This document shows, in pieces, positions 46,264-56,900 of a stretch of DNA of 64,000 bases. Source of the DNA: Verrucomicrobiota bacterium (lineage in GTDB: Bacteria > Verrucomicrobiota > Lentisphaeria > Lentisphaerales > Lentisphaeraceae); assembly GCA_039798785.1 (NCBI GenBank), contig JBDKFG010000004.1:1-64000 (forward strand), in the 5' to 3' direction. The notes beneath the pieces are model-generated. The model made no database searches. It worked only from the letters and a program-made list of their open reading frames with translations, and had not been told where the DNA came from. The translations under genes and the position numbers were made by a program. How positions within the stretch are numbered: the first letter of the stretch is position 1; each line of letters starts with the position of its first letter.

Positions 46264-47682
46264 ATGAGTGTACAAGGCTACGACGGGCAGGACTCGCAGG
46301 AAAGCAACGACCAAGCGGCGATGGATGCCTTGAAGCGGGCGAAACCGGTTCAAATGACCTTCACGACCCCGGGCTTCTGGCCGCCTCAGGTTCACGCGGT
46401 GCCGACGGGCTTCACGAAAACCAACATCTTCTCGGCCGGCCTAGAGCGGCGCAAAGGCTCCCGTGAGATCTCGCAAGAGAACTACGTCAGTGATTTGCAG
46501 ATGTTCTCGGCCTCGCGTGGCCTAGCGATCTATTTCAGCGGTTATCAGCTTGATCAGACCGATTGCGATGTCTGGATGAAAATCATCCGCATGGCGAAAG
46601 ACAAGAACCTCACCAATTTTTCCTTTACGGTTCACTCATTTGTCAAAGACTTGGGCCTATCCATCGGTTCCAGTTCTTACCATACCGTCAAGCGATCTCT
46701 CGAGCGATTGAACAAATCATCCGTCAAATATGTGACCTCCCTGCGCAACCCCGATGGTTCGATAGCCAAAGGGAAAAACGAAGAGATTGGCCTTTCCCTT
46801 CTTCCCTATTATAAAATTAATGACCTCACCGGCGATATTGAAGTTGGAATTCAAGGGGGAGTGGAGAACCTCTTCAAAAACGTTTCCTGGTCGGAATATC
46901 AAAAACGAGCCAAGCTTCGTCTGCAAACCAGCAAGGCCTTGGAATTTTACGCCATCGGCAATCGGCGCGGCGAACGACAAACCGCGACCTTGGAGTTTTT
47001 GGCGACCTATTGCGGTTGGAGCACCGACACCAAACAAAACCGCTATGCCTTTAAATTGAAAATCCGCAAAGCACTGGATGAACTTGTCAGCGCCGGGATC
47101 TTCGCTTCTTGGGAAGAGCAGGAAAACCAGTTCACTTGGGTTCTAAGCAAGGTCGACGGCAAGGACCAAGACTCCTCCGTTTTGGTCGCTGAAAGTCTGC
47201 AAGAGGCCGCCGCTCAGTTGCGGCAACCGGAACTTATCATTGATCATGACCCGATTCCTGAAGATTTGAAGTCGGTTTTGAAAAACATCGGATTCAACAG
47301 CAACGATTTCATTCTCGAGCGAATCCAGAAATACGGTATCCAAGCAGTGCTAACGGCTAGCCACAAATTTTTGGCGGGGATCAGCAACCGCGATAAGATC
47401 AAAAATCTTGCCGGCCTTTATCGCACGCAGATTGACACTTTGATTTTGAATCAAGTCTCTGAGAAAGTTGCCGAACAAGAAAAAGTGATTCATGCCCGCA
47501 AGGCCAAAGCTGAAAATGTCGATCTAGCGAAAGATCGTGAGGCTCTAAATCAACAAGTCGAACTCTACATCCAAGAGCACTACGACGAGCTGGCCTTATC
47601 CGTTCGTCAGCAATTTCCCTCATTAAAAGAGGTAGATGCGATGATCCGCATTGAAGCCCGTCTGCGAGTGCGCGGCGAATAA
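46264..47682 (+). CDS. Plasmid replication initiator, TrfA-like
   Basis: 'SGYQLDQTDCDVWMKII...FSFTVHSFVKDLG....SY..VKRSLERL' and 'LKIRKALDELV..G' winged-helix pattern; adjacent iterons; GGAGG RBS. Confidence 0.8.
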   Translation: MSVQGYDGQDSQESNDQAAMDALKRAKPVQMTFTTPGFWPPQVHAVPTGFTKTNIFSAGLERRKGSREISQENYVSDLQMFSASRGLAIYFSGYQLDQTDCDVWMKIIRMAKDKNLTNFSFTVHSFVKDLGLSIGSSSYHTVKRSLERLNKSSVKYVTSLRNPDGSIAKGKNEEIGLSLLPYYKINDLTGDIEVGIQGGVENLFKNVSWSEYQKRAKLRLQTSKALEFYAIGNRRGERQTATLEFLATYCGWSTDTKQNRYAFKLKIRKALDELVSAGIFASWEEQENQFTWVLSKVDGKDQDSSVLVAESLQEAAAQLRQPELIIDHDPIPEDLKSVLKNIGFNSNDFILERIQKYGIQAVLTASHKFLAGISNRDKIKNLAGLYRTQIDTLILNQVSEKVAEQEKVIHARKAKAENVDLAKDREALNQQVELYIQEHYDELALSVRQQFPSLKEVDAMIRIEARLRVRGE

Positions 47683-47870
47683 GCTGGGGTTTTACGGCGG
47701 CCGGCCATGCACTGAAGGAGAATTCCGAAAGCTGAACCTTGCGGAAAAAGTATTTTTAGTATTTTTTTATACTAATTTTTGGTTGTGCATCAAAATGAAG
47801 CAATAGAAAAAAAGATCGCAGCGATGAAGCTTAACCATTGACAAATAAAAAAATCAATGGGGGAGGGGCT

Positions 47871-48470
47871 ATGAAGACGGTGCGAATGATCGGATACGCC
47901 AGGGTGTCGACCGAGGATCAACATCTGGAGATGCAGATCGAGGCCTTGGAAAAGGCCGGCGTCAGCGAGATCTATCAGGACCGCCAATCCGGAGCGAAAC
48001 GCGACCGGAGGGGGCTGACGGAATGCCTGGAGAGCCTAGCGACGGGAGACCTGCTGGTGGTGTGGAGGATCGACCGACTCGGGCGAAGTCTCCTGCACCT
48101 GGTCGAGATCATCAGCGAGCTGCGGGCCAGGGGGGTGCATTTCCGATCCTTGAGCGATGGAGCCATCGACACGACCTCTGCGACCGGCGAGCTGGTGTTT
48201 CACATCATGGGGGCCATTGCGCAATTCGAGCGCCGCTTGATCCAGGAACGAGTCACACTGGGGATGCAGAGCGCAATACGACGAGGAAAGCATGTTGGCC
48301 GGCCAGGGATAGATCAAGAGCAAAAGGAAGGGATCTTCGCGCTCATGAAACAAGGGAAAGACATAAAAGAAATATCGCAATTACTCTCAATAAAGGAAAC
48401 AACGGTACGGCATCATTTTTACAAGAGTCGAAATTTATTATTGAGTTCAGGAAGTTCCTCCACCTGCTGA
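47871..48470 (+). CDS. Small serine recombinase (resolvase) with C-terminal HTH
   Basis: 'IGYARVSTEDQ', 'VWRIDRLGRS', 'IDTTSATGELVFH', 'AQFERRLIQER', 'GRP'. Confidence 0.95.
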   Translation: MKTVRMIGYARVSTEDQHLEMQIEALEKAGVSEIYQDRQSGAKRDRRGLTECLESLATGDLLVVWRIDRLGRSLLHLVEIISELRARGVHFRSLSDGAIDTTSATGELVFHIMGAIAQFERRLIQERVTLGMQSAIRRGKHVGRPGIDQEQKEGIFALMKQGKDIKEISQLLSIKETTVRHHFYKSRNLLLSSGSSSTC

Positions 48471-48519
48471 TTTTGTTAGGCTTCAGTTTTAAGTGTAGCG
48501 AGGCGAGTCACCCCATAAT

Positions 48520-50505
48520 GAAGGCCTGAGAACAAAGTCACCATATTGAGATTATCAAAGCTTTCGACTTGTAATGAAGATGGATACATGATCTTATTTG
48601 CTGTCCGCCCCTTGAGCTATGAGAAAACCAAGATCCTATCAGTGGGCTGATGAGGCCATTGGAGGAGGGGAGAGAGAACAAAGAGAAGGGGATAAATGAT
48701 GGAGGCAAGGCCTGAGCTCGGGGCTTAACTTTGGGGCTAATAGGAAACCAAGAATGATCAGAGGAGGCCGTGACGCTCCTAAAGGTGTCAGTGATAACAA
48801 AGAGAGAGATTGATGATGGATACCAAACCGATGATGGAAGCTCGACCTTTGGAGCTAATAGGAAATCAAGAAAGATCAGATGATGCACAAGCTTCGCTTG
48901 AAGGGTGTGATAACAAAGAGAGTGATTAATGATGGATACCAGTGTCGTCGCTGGAAACTCGACCTTGTGGCTAATAGGAAACCAACCAAGAATGAACAGA
49001 GGCTGCAACGCGCCAGAATGGTGTCAGTGATAACAAAGAGAGTGATTAATGATGGATACCAGTGTCGTCGCTGGAAGCTCGACCTATGTAGCTAATAGAA
49101 AACCAAGAATGATCAGAGGCGATTCAACTTCCATATTTGCAGGCCATCGAGACAAAGATTTCGATTGATGATGTCGGCGCCTTCAGATGATTGTCCGGTG
49201 CGGCTAATAGAAAACCAAGAATGATCAGAGGAGATCACCCTCGATTGAAGGTTCTATTGACAATAAAAGGCAGGCGCCAGAAGCTCGACCTATGTCGCTA
49301 ATAGAAAACCAAGAATGATCAGAGGAGGTTATCCTCCTGGTTGAAAGGTGCCACTGAGAACAAAGATGGTGATCGATGACGGGACCAAAGGATTTGTCAG
49401 TCGTTCGTCGTTGATGCTCATAGAAAACCAAGAACGATCAGAGGATGTCATCCTCCTGGCTGAACGGTGCTACTGAGAACAAAGATGGTGATCGGATGAC
49501 GGGATCATAGGATTCGTTAGTCTCTCGCCTTGGATGCTCATAGAAAACCAAGAACGATCAGAGGAGCTTGATTCGATAAATGATGGAGACAGAAAAAAAT
49601 GAATGTCTTGATGAAGTCGCTCACGGTTCAGGCGCTCGACCTTGGCTGCTCATAGAAAGCCAAGAATGATCAGAGAGGGCAATCTCCTGATGAAGGAATA
49701 GGTGAGAGGTGAAGACTGACGAGATGAGATATGGAGCGACCGCCATCACTCGTTCGACCTTGCAGCTACTAGAAAACCAAGATTGATCAGTCAGGGTGTC
49801 GAGGCGATGAGCGAGGCCAGAGAAACAAAGGTGGCATGAGGTTGAGTGAAGTGTGACCGTCTCCAGATTGTTCGACCAAGGTAAGCTATTAGAAAACCAA
49901 GAATGATCGGAGCGGGCGCCAGCGATGAAGGGGGCATTGAAAACAAAGATGGGTGAAGGTTGTTGCTTTGCGTGACTGGCCTCAGCGGCTCGACAGGCAG
50001 CTGATAGAAAAACCAAGAACAATCAGGTTGTTGTGGAAGATCGATGAGAAAGCCTGGTCAAAATAAAAAAAGTGATGGAACTCGGGTAAGTCATGTCCTG
50101 CACTCGTCACTCGTCCTGGCAGCTGATAGAAAACCAAGAACGAATCATAAGGCAGACCGCCACGATGGAGTCCGGTTTGCAATAAAAAATAAGATGAAGA
50201 TTAAATGACTCAAGACCGGATCAAGTTGCTCCATCATAATTATTATATAGATCCATCAATCGATAAGACTCGAATCCGCCTCTGATGGAATCCAGGTTGA
50301 AACTGAATCGCCCTTGGAAATGTGCAGCATGAAGCCAAGGCATGCCGCTCGATCCTATCTCTTTTATAAAATTCAAATTGATCAAAATGAGATCCCGCCA
50401 TGAAGAAGGCCAAGGATAAATTTTAAGATCGGTGAATCTTTGATTGCCACGACCCTAGGCCAGGCACTCGATCCGTGCTCTTATAAAAAGTCAAGTATGA
50501 TTATC
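48520..50505 (+). repeat. Non-coding array of at least 14 units of ~118 bp with conserved core GCTAATAGAAAACCAAGAATGATCAGAGG
   Basis: Cores at 48616, 48736, 48854, 48970, 49091, 49203, 49297, 49416, 49536, 49648, 49765, 49885, 50000, 50122; degenerate copies near 50360 and 50477. Confidence 0.92.
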
Positions 50506-50938
50506 ATGTGCTCATCATCAACTAGTCCAGAGATCTTTGATCAAGGTCTGGAATCGACAAGAATAATTCATATACTACATTGGATTTAGATATAATGGGA
50601 AATTTTGAAATCTCTATAATGTCATATAATGGGAGCAATAAAACAATCAACTAGATCGCGACAGTCAAAGGTGTCGATATGAGATCATAAGGGCTCAACT
50701 GGAAATTTACCAATAACAAACATTGTCTCTAAATTTAATGGTCACAAGTAAATTTTTCAAATGTCAATATCTTACACACGTCTTGAAATAATTATATAAA
50801 TTGAACACTTCATTTATTTTGATTGTCATGTACAAATTGCAATCTAATAATGGCGACATGTTTCAGAAATATTCAGTATCTATGATCCACTTCTTGAGCC
50901 ATCTGATCCGACTTCATGGCCACAGACAAACAATCTGA

Positions 50939-51232
50939 TGAAGGAACAAAATCAAAAACATCGAGCTCAAATTTTTAGCACTATTAGCCAACTCATAGCC
51001 TCAGAGAAATAAGCCATTGAAGGAACAAAAACAAAAAACCTTTAACCACATATTGAGAAAATCATGACGCTCTTGAACCACATAAAAAACACCGAACGAA
51101 GCGGCCAAGGACGGATCGCTTTAACCCCATGTTGAGCTATCCATGACGCCATTGAACCCCATAAAAAACACCGAACGAAGCGGCCAAAGACAGAGCGTTT
51201 TAGCCCCATGTTGAGCAAATCTTGACCCCATT
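50939..51232 (+). repeat. 79-bp-period direct repeats upstream of the mob promoter
   Basis: tgaaggaacaaaa at 50939 and 51018; ttgaacc.cataaaaaacaccgaacgaagcggccaa...ccccatgttgagc at 51073 and 51152. Confidence 0.8.
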
Positions 51233-51279
51233 CAGAGCCAACGAAATCCAAGAGCAGAACCCCATGATCTGGCCCCAGA

Positions 51280-51400
51280 ATCTCAGCGCCATACGTGTAC
51301 GCACACGCGAGCAAGATCGCCAAATTTAAAATTTGGCCTCGGACAGCCCTTGACAGTGCCGTGTCCTCGAACTACACTGGACTCGGTCAGGCCTCGTCCA
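51280..51400. other. Candidate oriT region
   Basis: Inverted repeats cgtgt-acgc-acacg and gccaaattt-a-aaatttggc directly upstream of the accessory protein/relaxase operon. Confidence 0.45.
51350..51378 (+). promoter_or_regulatory. Sigma70-type promoter of the mob operon
   Basis: TTGACA-17 bp-TACACT. Confidence 0.75.
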
Positions 51401-51409
51401 GGAACAAAC

Positions 51410-51571
51410 ATGGCAGCACGCATCACACTCACGCTCACAGCCCAAGCAGCTCTCGCAGAGCTCGCTGAGATCCGTCGCTGCAGTGAGACCAACGCTATCG
51501 AATACGCTCTTCTGTTGGCTCTAGACCGAGCTAGAAACATAACTGAGCTCGATGGTGATGACGATGAATAA
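51410..51571 (+). CDS. Small ribbon-helix-helix-like relaxosome accessory protein candidate
   Basis: 53 aa, beta-strand 'RITLTL' then two helices; AGGA RBS; stop overlaps the relaxase start. Confidence 0.6.
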   Translation: MAARITLTLTAQAALAELAEIRRCSETNAIEYALLLALDRARNITELDGDDDE

Positions 51572-53219
51572 GCCATCAGCCGTTTTCAAAAAGGTCAGAT
51601 CGCTGGAGACGACCAAGATTGACTATCTTGACGAAAAGTCGAAAATGCACAATGACTATCATGAGCGCAAATCTCAACGAAAAAAAGAAATTAATCAATC
51701 AGCTCAAAATTTAACAAATTATATCAACAAAGAAAACAACAACCAAGAAGCGGTCGGGAAAATTTTTGCCGGTGGCTACTTCCGGACCATCCTGGCGCAT
51801 CGATTCGGCAAAGCACCTGAGTCGGTTAAAAATGACATACTTAATCTCGAGCTGCAATCGCTAATAACGCAAGCTGGCGTAAAGCATGGTGCCTATCGAG
51901 GACATGTCGGGGTCCACGCTCTTATCTCGCTTTCTCCTGAGGCCGAGAAGAAAATCGCTGAGGCCGGTGGTGACATCGATCGTACTCTCCATCGTATTGT
52001 AACGAAAACTATGAAGGCATTTAATGCCAAGTTCCATCCAGGAGAAAAAATCGGCTACGCATTCTCGATTCATCATGATACTGACAATCGTCATGCTCAC
52101 ATCTACCTGTCAAACAAGACGGATCGTGGTAGCTATATAGCGACTAGCGACGGGCTGAAAAATAAAAAAGATGTGAAGAGAAAGAAAGAGCGCGAGAATA
52201 TCCTCGAATACCTTCGTGTGACGACTGATTCTTTCACGAATTCGGCAATTGAAGAGTTAGAAAAAAACTCAGAAGAGAAGTACAACTGCGGCCAACGGAT
52301 TGAATTTTTGCGATCGCAGCTAGATGGCCTTTGCTTCGGCGCCTTGATGCGCTCTGAAGCCAGGATCCAAGAACTAATTTCAGCTCGCAGAAAAGCTGAA
52401 GATCGCCTACGTGAAGAACAATTCCGTCACCGCAAGGAAATGGATTATGCGCTCTTCCGAAACTCAATCTATCGTAGTCAACTAGATCAATATTATCGCG
52501 ATCTGGAAGCTAATAAGGATGTCTCAAGATACAACATAAGAGAGCTTTCAGACTTCTATTTGAATCGTATATATAAGAATGAAAAAAATGAATCAGATCG
52601 AAATTATCTTGATTATTTGAAATGCAATAAAACTATTGTTACAACTATGATGTTTAACGAGAATATTCGACACAAATTAGCATTGTCAAGGATAAATAGA
52701 GATATAAATGATTTGAATAATTCAGTTAAAAATCAAAATAAATTCTCGACTCGAATTTTGAATCAAATTGAAAAATCAAGTATGGCTTCTGTGTCTCATT
52801 CAGTGATTGAATTGGCTGCAAAGAATGCAGCTTTAGAGTATGCGAAGTCTAATGATACTGATCTTGCTAAAGATGTATATATAAAATCTATGACATCGCT
52901 TTCTAAGTCTCATAAAATTGAGAAATATAGGAATAGTAACTGCGTAAATTCACCTAAATATAAAGTGATTGGAATTAGCGGCAATCCTTATAATCCACTT
53001 TCTAAATCTGTTATTTCAAATGATAAAATGAGAGAAATTTTGAAACGGTCTAGTCAGCTAAGTTGGAGTATTTATGACAACAAAACGAAAGCTGAAGATA
53101 TTTCTTATAAACAATCTGAATCTAATACGAAAACTATCGTTGTAAGTCAAGACATAAATCACAAAAAAGATAGTAGTTTAGACCAAAACAACACAAGGAA
53201 ACATGGTCGTGGAATCTGA
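51564..53219 (+). CDS. HUH relaxase (MOB-P/MobL-like) with long AT-rich C-terminal region
   Basis: 'HALISLSPE' and 'YAFSIHHDTDNRHAHIYL' 3-His motif; basic C-terminus 'RKHGRGI' like T4SS substrates. Confidence 0.82.
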   Translation: MNKPSAVFKKVRSLETTKIDYLDEKSKMHNDYHERKSQRKKEINQSAQNLTNYINKENNNQEAVGKIFAGGYFRTILAHRFGKAPESVKNDILNLELQSLITQAGVKHGAYRGHVGVHALISLSPEAEKKIAEAGGDIDRTLHRIVTKTMKAFNAKFHPGEKIGYAFSIHHDTDNRHAHIYLSNKTDRGSYIATSDGLKNKKDVKRKKERENILEYLRVTTDSFTNSAIEELEKNSEEKYNCGQRIEFLRSQLDGLCFGALMRSEARIQELISARRKAEDRLREEQFRHRKEMDYALFRNSIYRSQLDQYYRDLEANKDVSRYNIRELSDFYLNRIYKNEKNESDRNYLDYLKCNKTIVTTMMFNENIRHKLALSRINRDINDLNNSVKNQNKFSTRILNQIEKSSMASVSHSVIELAAKNAALEYAKSNDTDLAKDVYIKSMTSLSKSHKIEKYRNSNCVNSPKYKVIGISGNPYNPLSKSVISNDKMREILKRSSQLSWSIYDNKTKAEDISYKQSESNTKTIVVSQDINHKKDSSLDQNNTRKHGRGI

Positions 53220-53577
53220 AATTAGACAACAATTTATCCAGTTTCAAAAAACTGTTTTCGATATAAATGATATTCTTATTTTTAAGTTAGAATTTGATCA
53301 GGTTATCGAATCTAGGGTTCTTTACATCTTCCTAAGATCCAAGGTTGAACCGATTGTTTTTGTTGACCATGCGGAGCAATTTTATATCTTCCTTGAGACC
53401 CTTGTTTGTGCGGTTGATGTCAATAAGCAGGTCTTACAATTTCAGGATAAAACGAAAGTGGAGAAAGCCTCTTCTGTTGGGCCTGTACCGTCAAAGGAAG
53501 AAGCAGATGGCGAAGACTACGAAGAAGAGGAAGATCTTGATGCCCTTTTGAATGCAAAAAGCACTCGAGAGTTTTAG
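53203..53577 (+). CDS. Hypothetical protein with acidic tail
   Basis: 124-aa ORF overlapping the relaxase end; AAGGA RBS. Confidence 0.55.
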   Translation: MVVESEIRQQFIQFQKTVFDINDILIFKLEFDQVIESRVLYIFLRSKVEPIVFVDHAEQFYIFLETLVCAVDVNKQVLQFQDKTKVEKASSVGPVPSKEEADGEDYEEEEDLDALLNAKSTREF

Positions 53578-53918
53578 CGTCTAAAAATCAGAAATAACTT
53601 GGTCTCGATGCCTTCAGCGCTTTCACCTGGTGGGTGCAATGGAGTCAGCTGCGATCCCCCGCAGTGCACTCCTCTTATCATCGCCGCCAAGACCAAGGTT
53701 CACAAAGCCTTCCGCGCCTTAGGTGCAGGCACTCACACGTGAGACCTTAATAGGCCACTTTTTGCACAGCAATCGTGCAGGATGGATGAAGGCGAGGGCA
53801 TTTATATCTTGGATTTGGCCATCGTCCCAGGGAGAAAAACTTCGCAGACTTCGCAGAGCATCTTGATTCATTTAGTAACGAAGCGTGTTATGGTGGCGGC
53901 TTAACAGCAAAGGTGTCT

Positions 53919-56900
53919 ATGAAATCCTCCGTCGAAGTCCGTCAACAGATCGAAGACACCCTCCGCCTTGACCTGGTCGGGCCGGACAACGAGCACCCGT
54001 TTGCGAAGGAGCTGATCCCGGAATCACCGACGCGCTGGTACCTCTGTGGTTTCCTGATGCCGAAGGACACGCCGGCGGAGCAGCGCAGCACCGCGGATGC
54101 CGATGACGAGATCGACTCGGCGCCGGTTTCACCCAATGCCGATGATGCCGGGCCGATGGACCGCGGCGCAGGAGGCAAGAGTTTGTTTCCGGCTTCCTTC
54201 GGCCTCAGCTTGCTGCTGCCGGAGAAGGTCAAGGAATTGGAAGTCCAGGTCGACTGGGGCGATTATCACTTCGAGGGCGAGGGTGAAGCTCCTGCCGACG
54301 ACGGCACGGAAGGGGAGGGGAACACTCCCTCTTTCGAAGAAACCGGGGGTGAAGTCCGTGAAGATGTGAAAGGCAAGAACAAGGGATTCCGTCGCCACCC
54401 GCAGACGCGCCGCTTCTCCCTCAAGCTCAATGGTGAGCTGATTTCCCACGCGGTCCCCGACAGCGGCGGCCTCAGGTTGGAGGGAGTTCTGCGCTCGCCG
54501 CAACAGGACTGGGAAGGCGAAGGCAAGCTCCCCAAGGGCGTCCGCAGCCTCAGCCTCTTTCTCGTCAATGAACGCGATCCGACTCCCGAGCGGCGCTATC
54601 AATCAGCGGCCTATCAAGTCCAGATGCGGCTCCGCTGCGCGACCGGTTTCGTTCCTCGTCCCGACTTGCGTGACGGCGGCGACGACCAGGATCAGCGCAT
54701 CGCCGACATTCAATATCGCGACCAACATGAATATGGCGTCGGCCACGGCTGCGCGGTCGAGTGGGAAGATCAGGACGGTGTCTGCCGCGAAGTGAGAAGC
54801 TGCTGGATCCCGCGGGCCGAAGTGGAGCGGGTCGAACCCAACGAAGCGATCTCCGGCGCGGTGCTTGGCATGGAGGCCTTGGCGGATCTGAAGGAGCCGC
54901 AGGCTCTTGCCTCGGCCTTGCGCCCCCTGGCCACGGCCTACGGTTCCTGGATCGAAGCGCAGGCGTCTCATTTGAAGGGATTTAGCAAGGACCAGAAGGA
55001 GACGGCTGCCGAGATGCTCGCCGCGGCGAGATCCGCGCGCAGCCGGATGGAAGCCGGCATCGAGCTGCTGGTCGAAGATGGGGAAGCCCGCGAGGCTTTC
55101 TGGCGGGCCAATCTGGCGATGGCCCAGGCCAACCGGCAACGCAACGCCCAGAGCGCGCGCTGTCCGCCGGCCCAGGTCAAGGCGCCGCAGTGGCGTCCCT
55201 TCCAGCTTGCCTTCATCCTGATGAACCTGCGCGGCCTCGCCAAACCCGAGCACGACGACCGCGAACGGGTCGATCTGCTCTTCTTCCCCACCGGTGGCGG
55301 CAAGACCGAAGCCTATCTCGGCCTGGCCGCGTTCAACATCGTTCTCCGCCGCCTGCGCCACCAAGGCGGCGTTCGCGGCTGCGGCATGACGGTGTTGATG
55401 CGCTACACCCTGCGCCTCCTCACCCTTGACCAGCTCGGCCGCGCCTCCGGCCTGGTCTGCGCCCTGGAATTGCAGCGACGAGATTTGGAAAGTCGTGGGT
55501 TGCCTGCGACTCTCGGCACCTGGCCCTTCGAGATCGGCCTCTGGGTCGGCAGCGCCGCCACTCCCAACCGCCTCGGTCACCAAGGTTACAACGGCCCTGG
55601 GGCCGACGAAACCGCTCACATCAAGGCCTCGCGTTTCAATCGCGACAGCAAGCGCCATCAGCCGCCGGTGCCGATGATGGCCTGCCCCTGGTGCGGCACG
55701 GAGTTCAACGAGCACACCTTCCGCATGTTCCCCAATGCCAAGACGCCGAGCCGCTTGAACATTCACTGTGTCAACGGTGACTGTCCCTTCTCGGGCGATC
55801 ACGCGCTTCCTCTGGTCGCGGTCGACGAACCGCTCTACCGGCGGCTGCCCTGCTTCGTCATCGCCACCGTCGACAAGTTCGCTGCACTCCCCTGGACCGG
55901 GGAAGCCGGCAAGCTCTTCGGCCAGGTGGATTCCTACGATGCCGACGGCTTCTACGGTCCGTCCGAACCCAAGCCGAAGAACGGCAAGATGCTTGACGGA
56001 CCTCTGCCGCCTCCCGAGTTGATCATCCAGGACGAATTGCACCTCATCTCCGGCCCGCTCGGCACCATCGCCGGCCTCTACGAAACGACTATCGAGGAGC
56101 TCTGTCGCCGTCCCGCTCCGGGCTGGAAACCCAAGATCATCGCCTCGACCGCGACGGTGCGCCGGGCGCAAGCCCAGATCCAGGCGCTTTTCGGTCGCGC
56201 CGAATCGCCCATTTTCCCACCCCCCGGACTGAACCGCCGCGACAGCTTCTTCGCCCTCACCCGCCCGGCCGAGGACGTGCCGGCCCGCCTCTATCTCGGC
56301 ATCGCCGCCCAGGGCCGCAGCTTCAAGGTGGTGCTGATGCGCAGCTACCTCTGCCTCCTCGGCGCCGCGATGAAGGCCTACAACGAGAACCGCAGTGCCA
56401 AGGACAATCCCGCCGATCCCTACATGACCCTGCTCGGCTACTTCAACAGCCTGCGCGAACTCGGCGGCAGCCGCCGCATCGTCGAGGACGAGGTCCGCTC
56501 GCGTCTCGCCCTCTATGCCCGCAAGCGCCGCCTCGATCCCGAGGACAAAGGCCTCTTCGATCCCCGCGCCCTCGACAAGGTAGTGCAGGAGCTCACCTCG
56601 CGGGTCAAGACCCATGAAGTCGCCGCCACCAAGGACGCCCTGGCCAAGCCGGCCGCCGCGCCGGATTCGGTCCCCGTCGCCCTCGCCACCAACATGATTT
56701 CGGTCGGTCTCGACATCACCCGCCTCGGCCTGATGGTGGTCCTTGGTCAGCCCAAGACCAGCTCGGAATACATCCAGTCGACCTCGCGCGTCGGTCGCGA
56801 TGCCCGCAAACCCGGCCTCGTGCTCACCCTGCTCAACCTCCACCGTCCTCGCGACCGCTCGCATTACGAACGCTTCGGCGCCTACCACGCCAGTTTCTAC

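Noticed and set aside
48520..50505. Calling the 118-bp array a CRISPR array or a repeat-protein gene
   Set aside because: Inter-core segments are ~65-93 nt, share a second motif and resemble each other; the core is not palindromic and is unlike the I-E repeat; periods break frame and only short ORFs overlap it.
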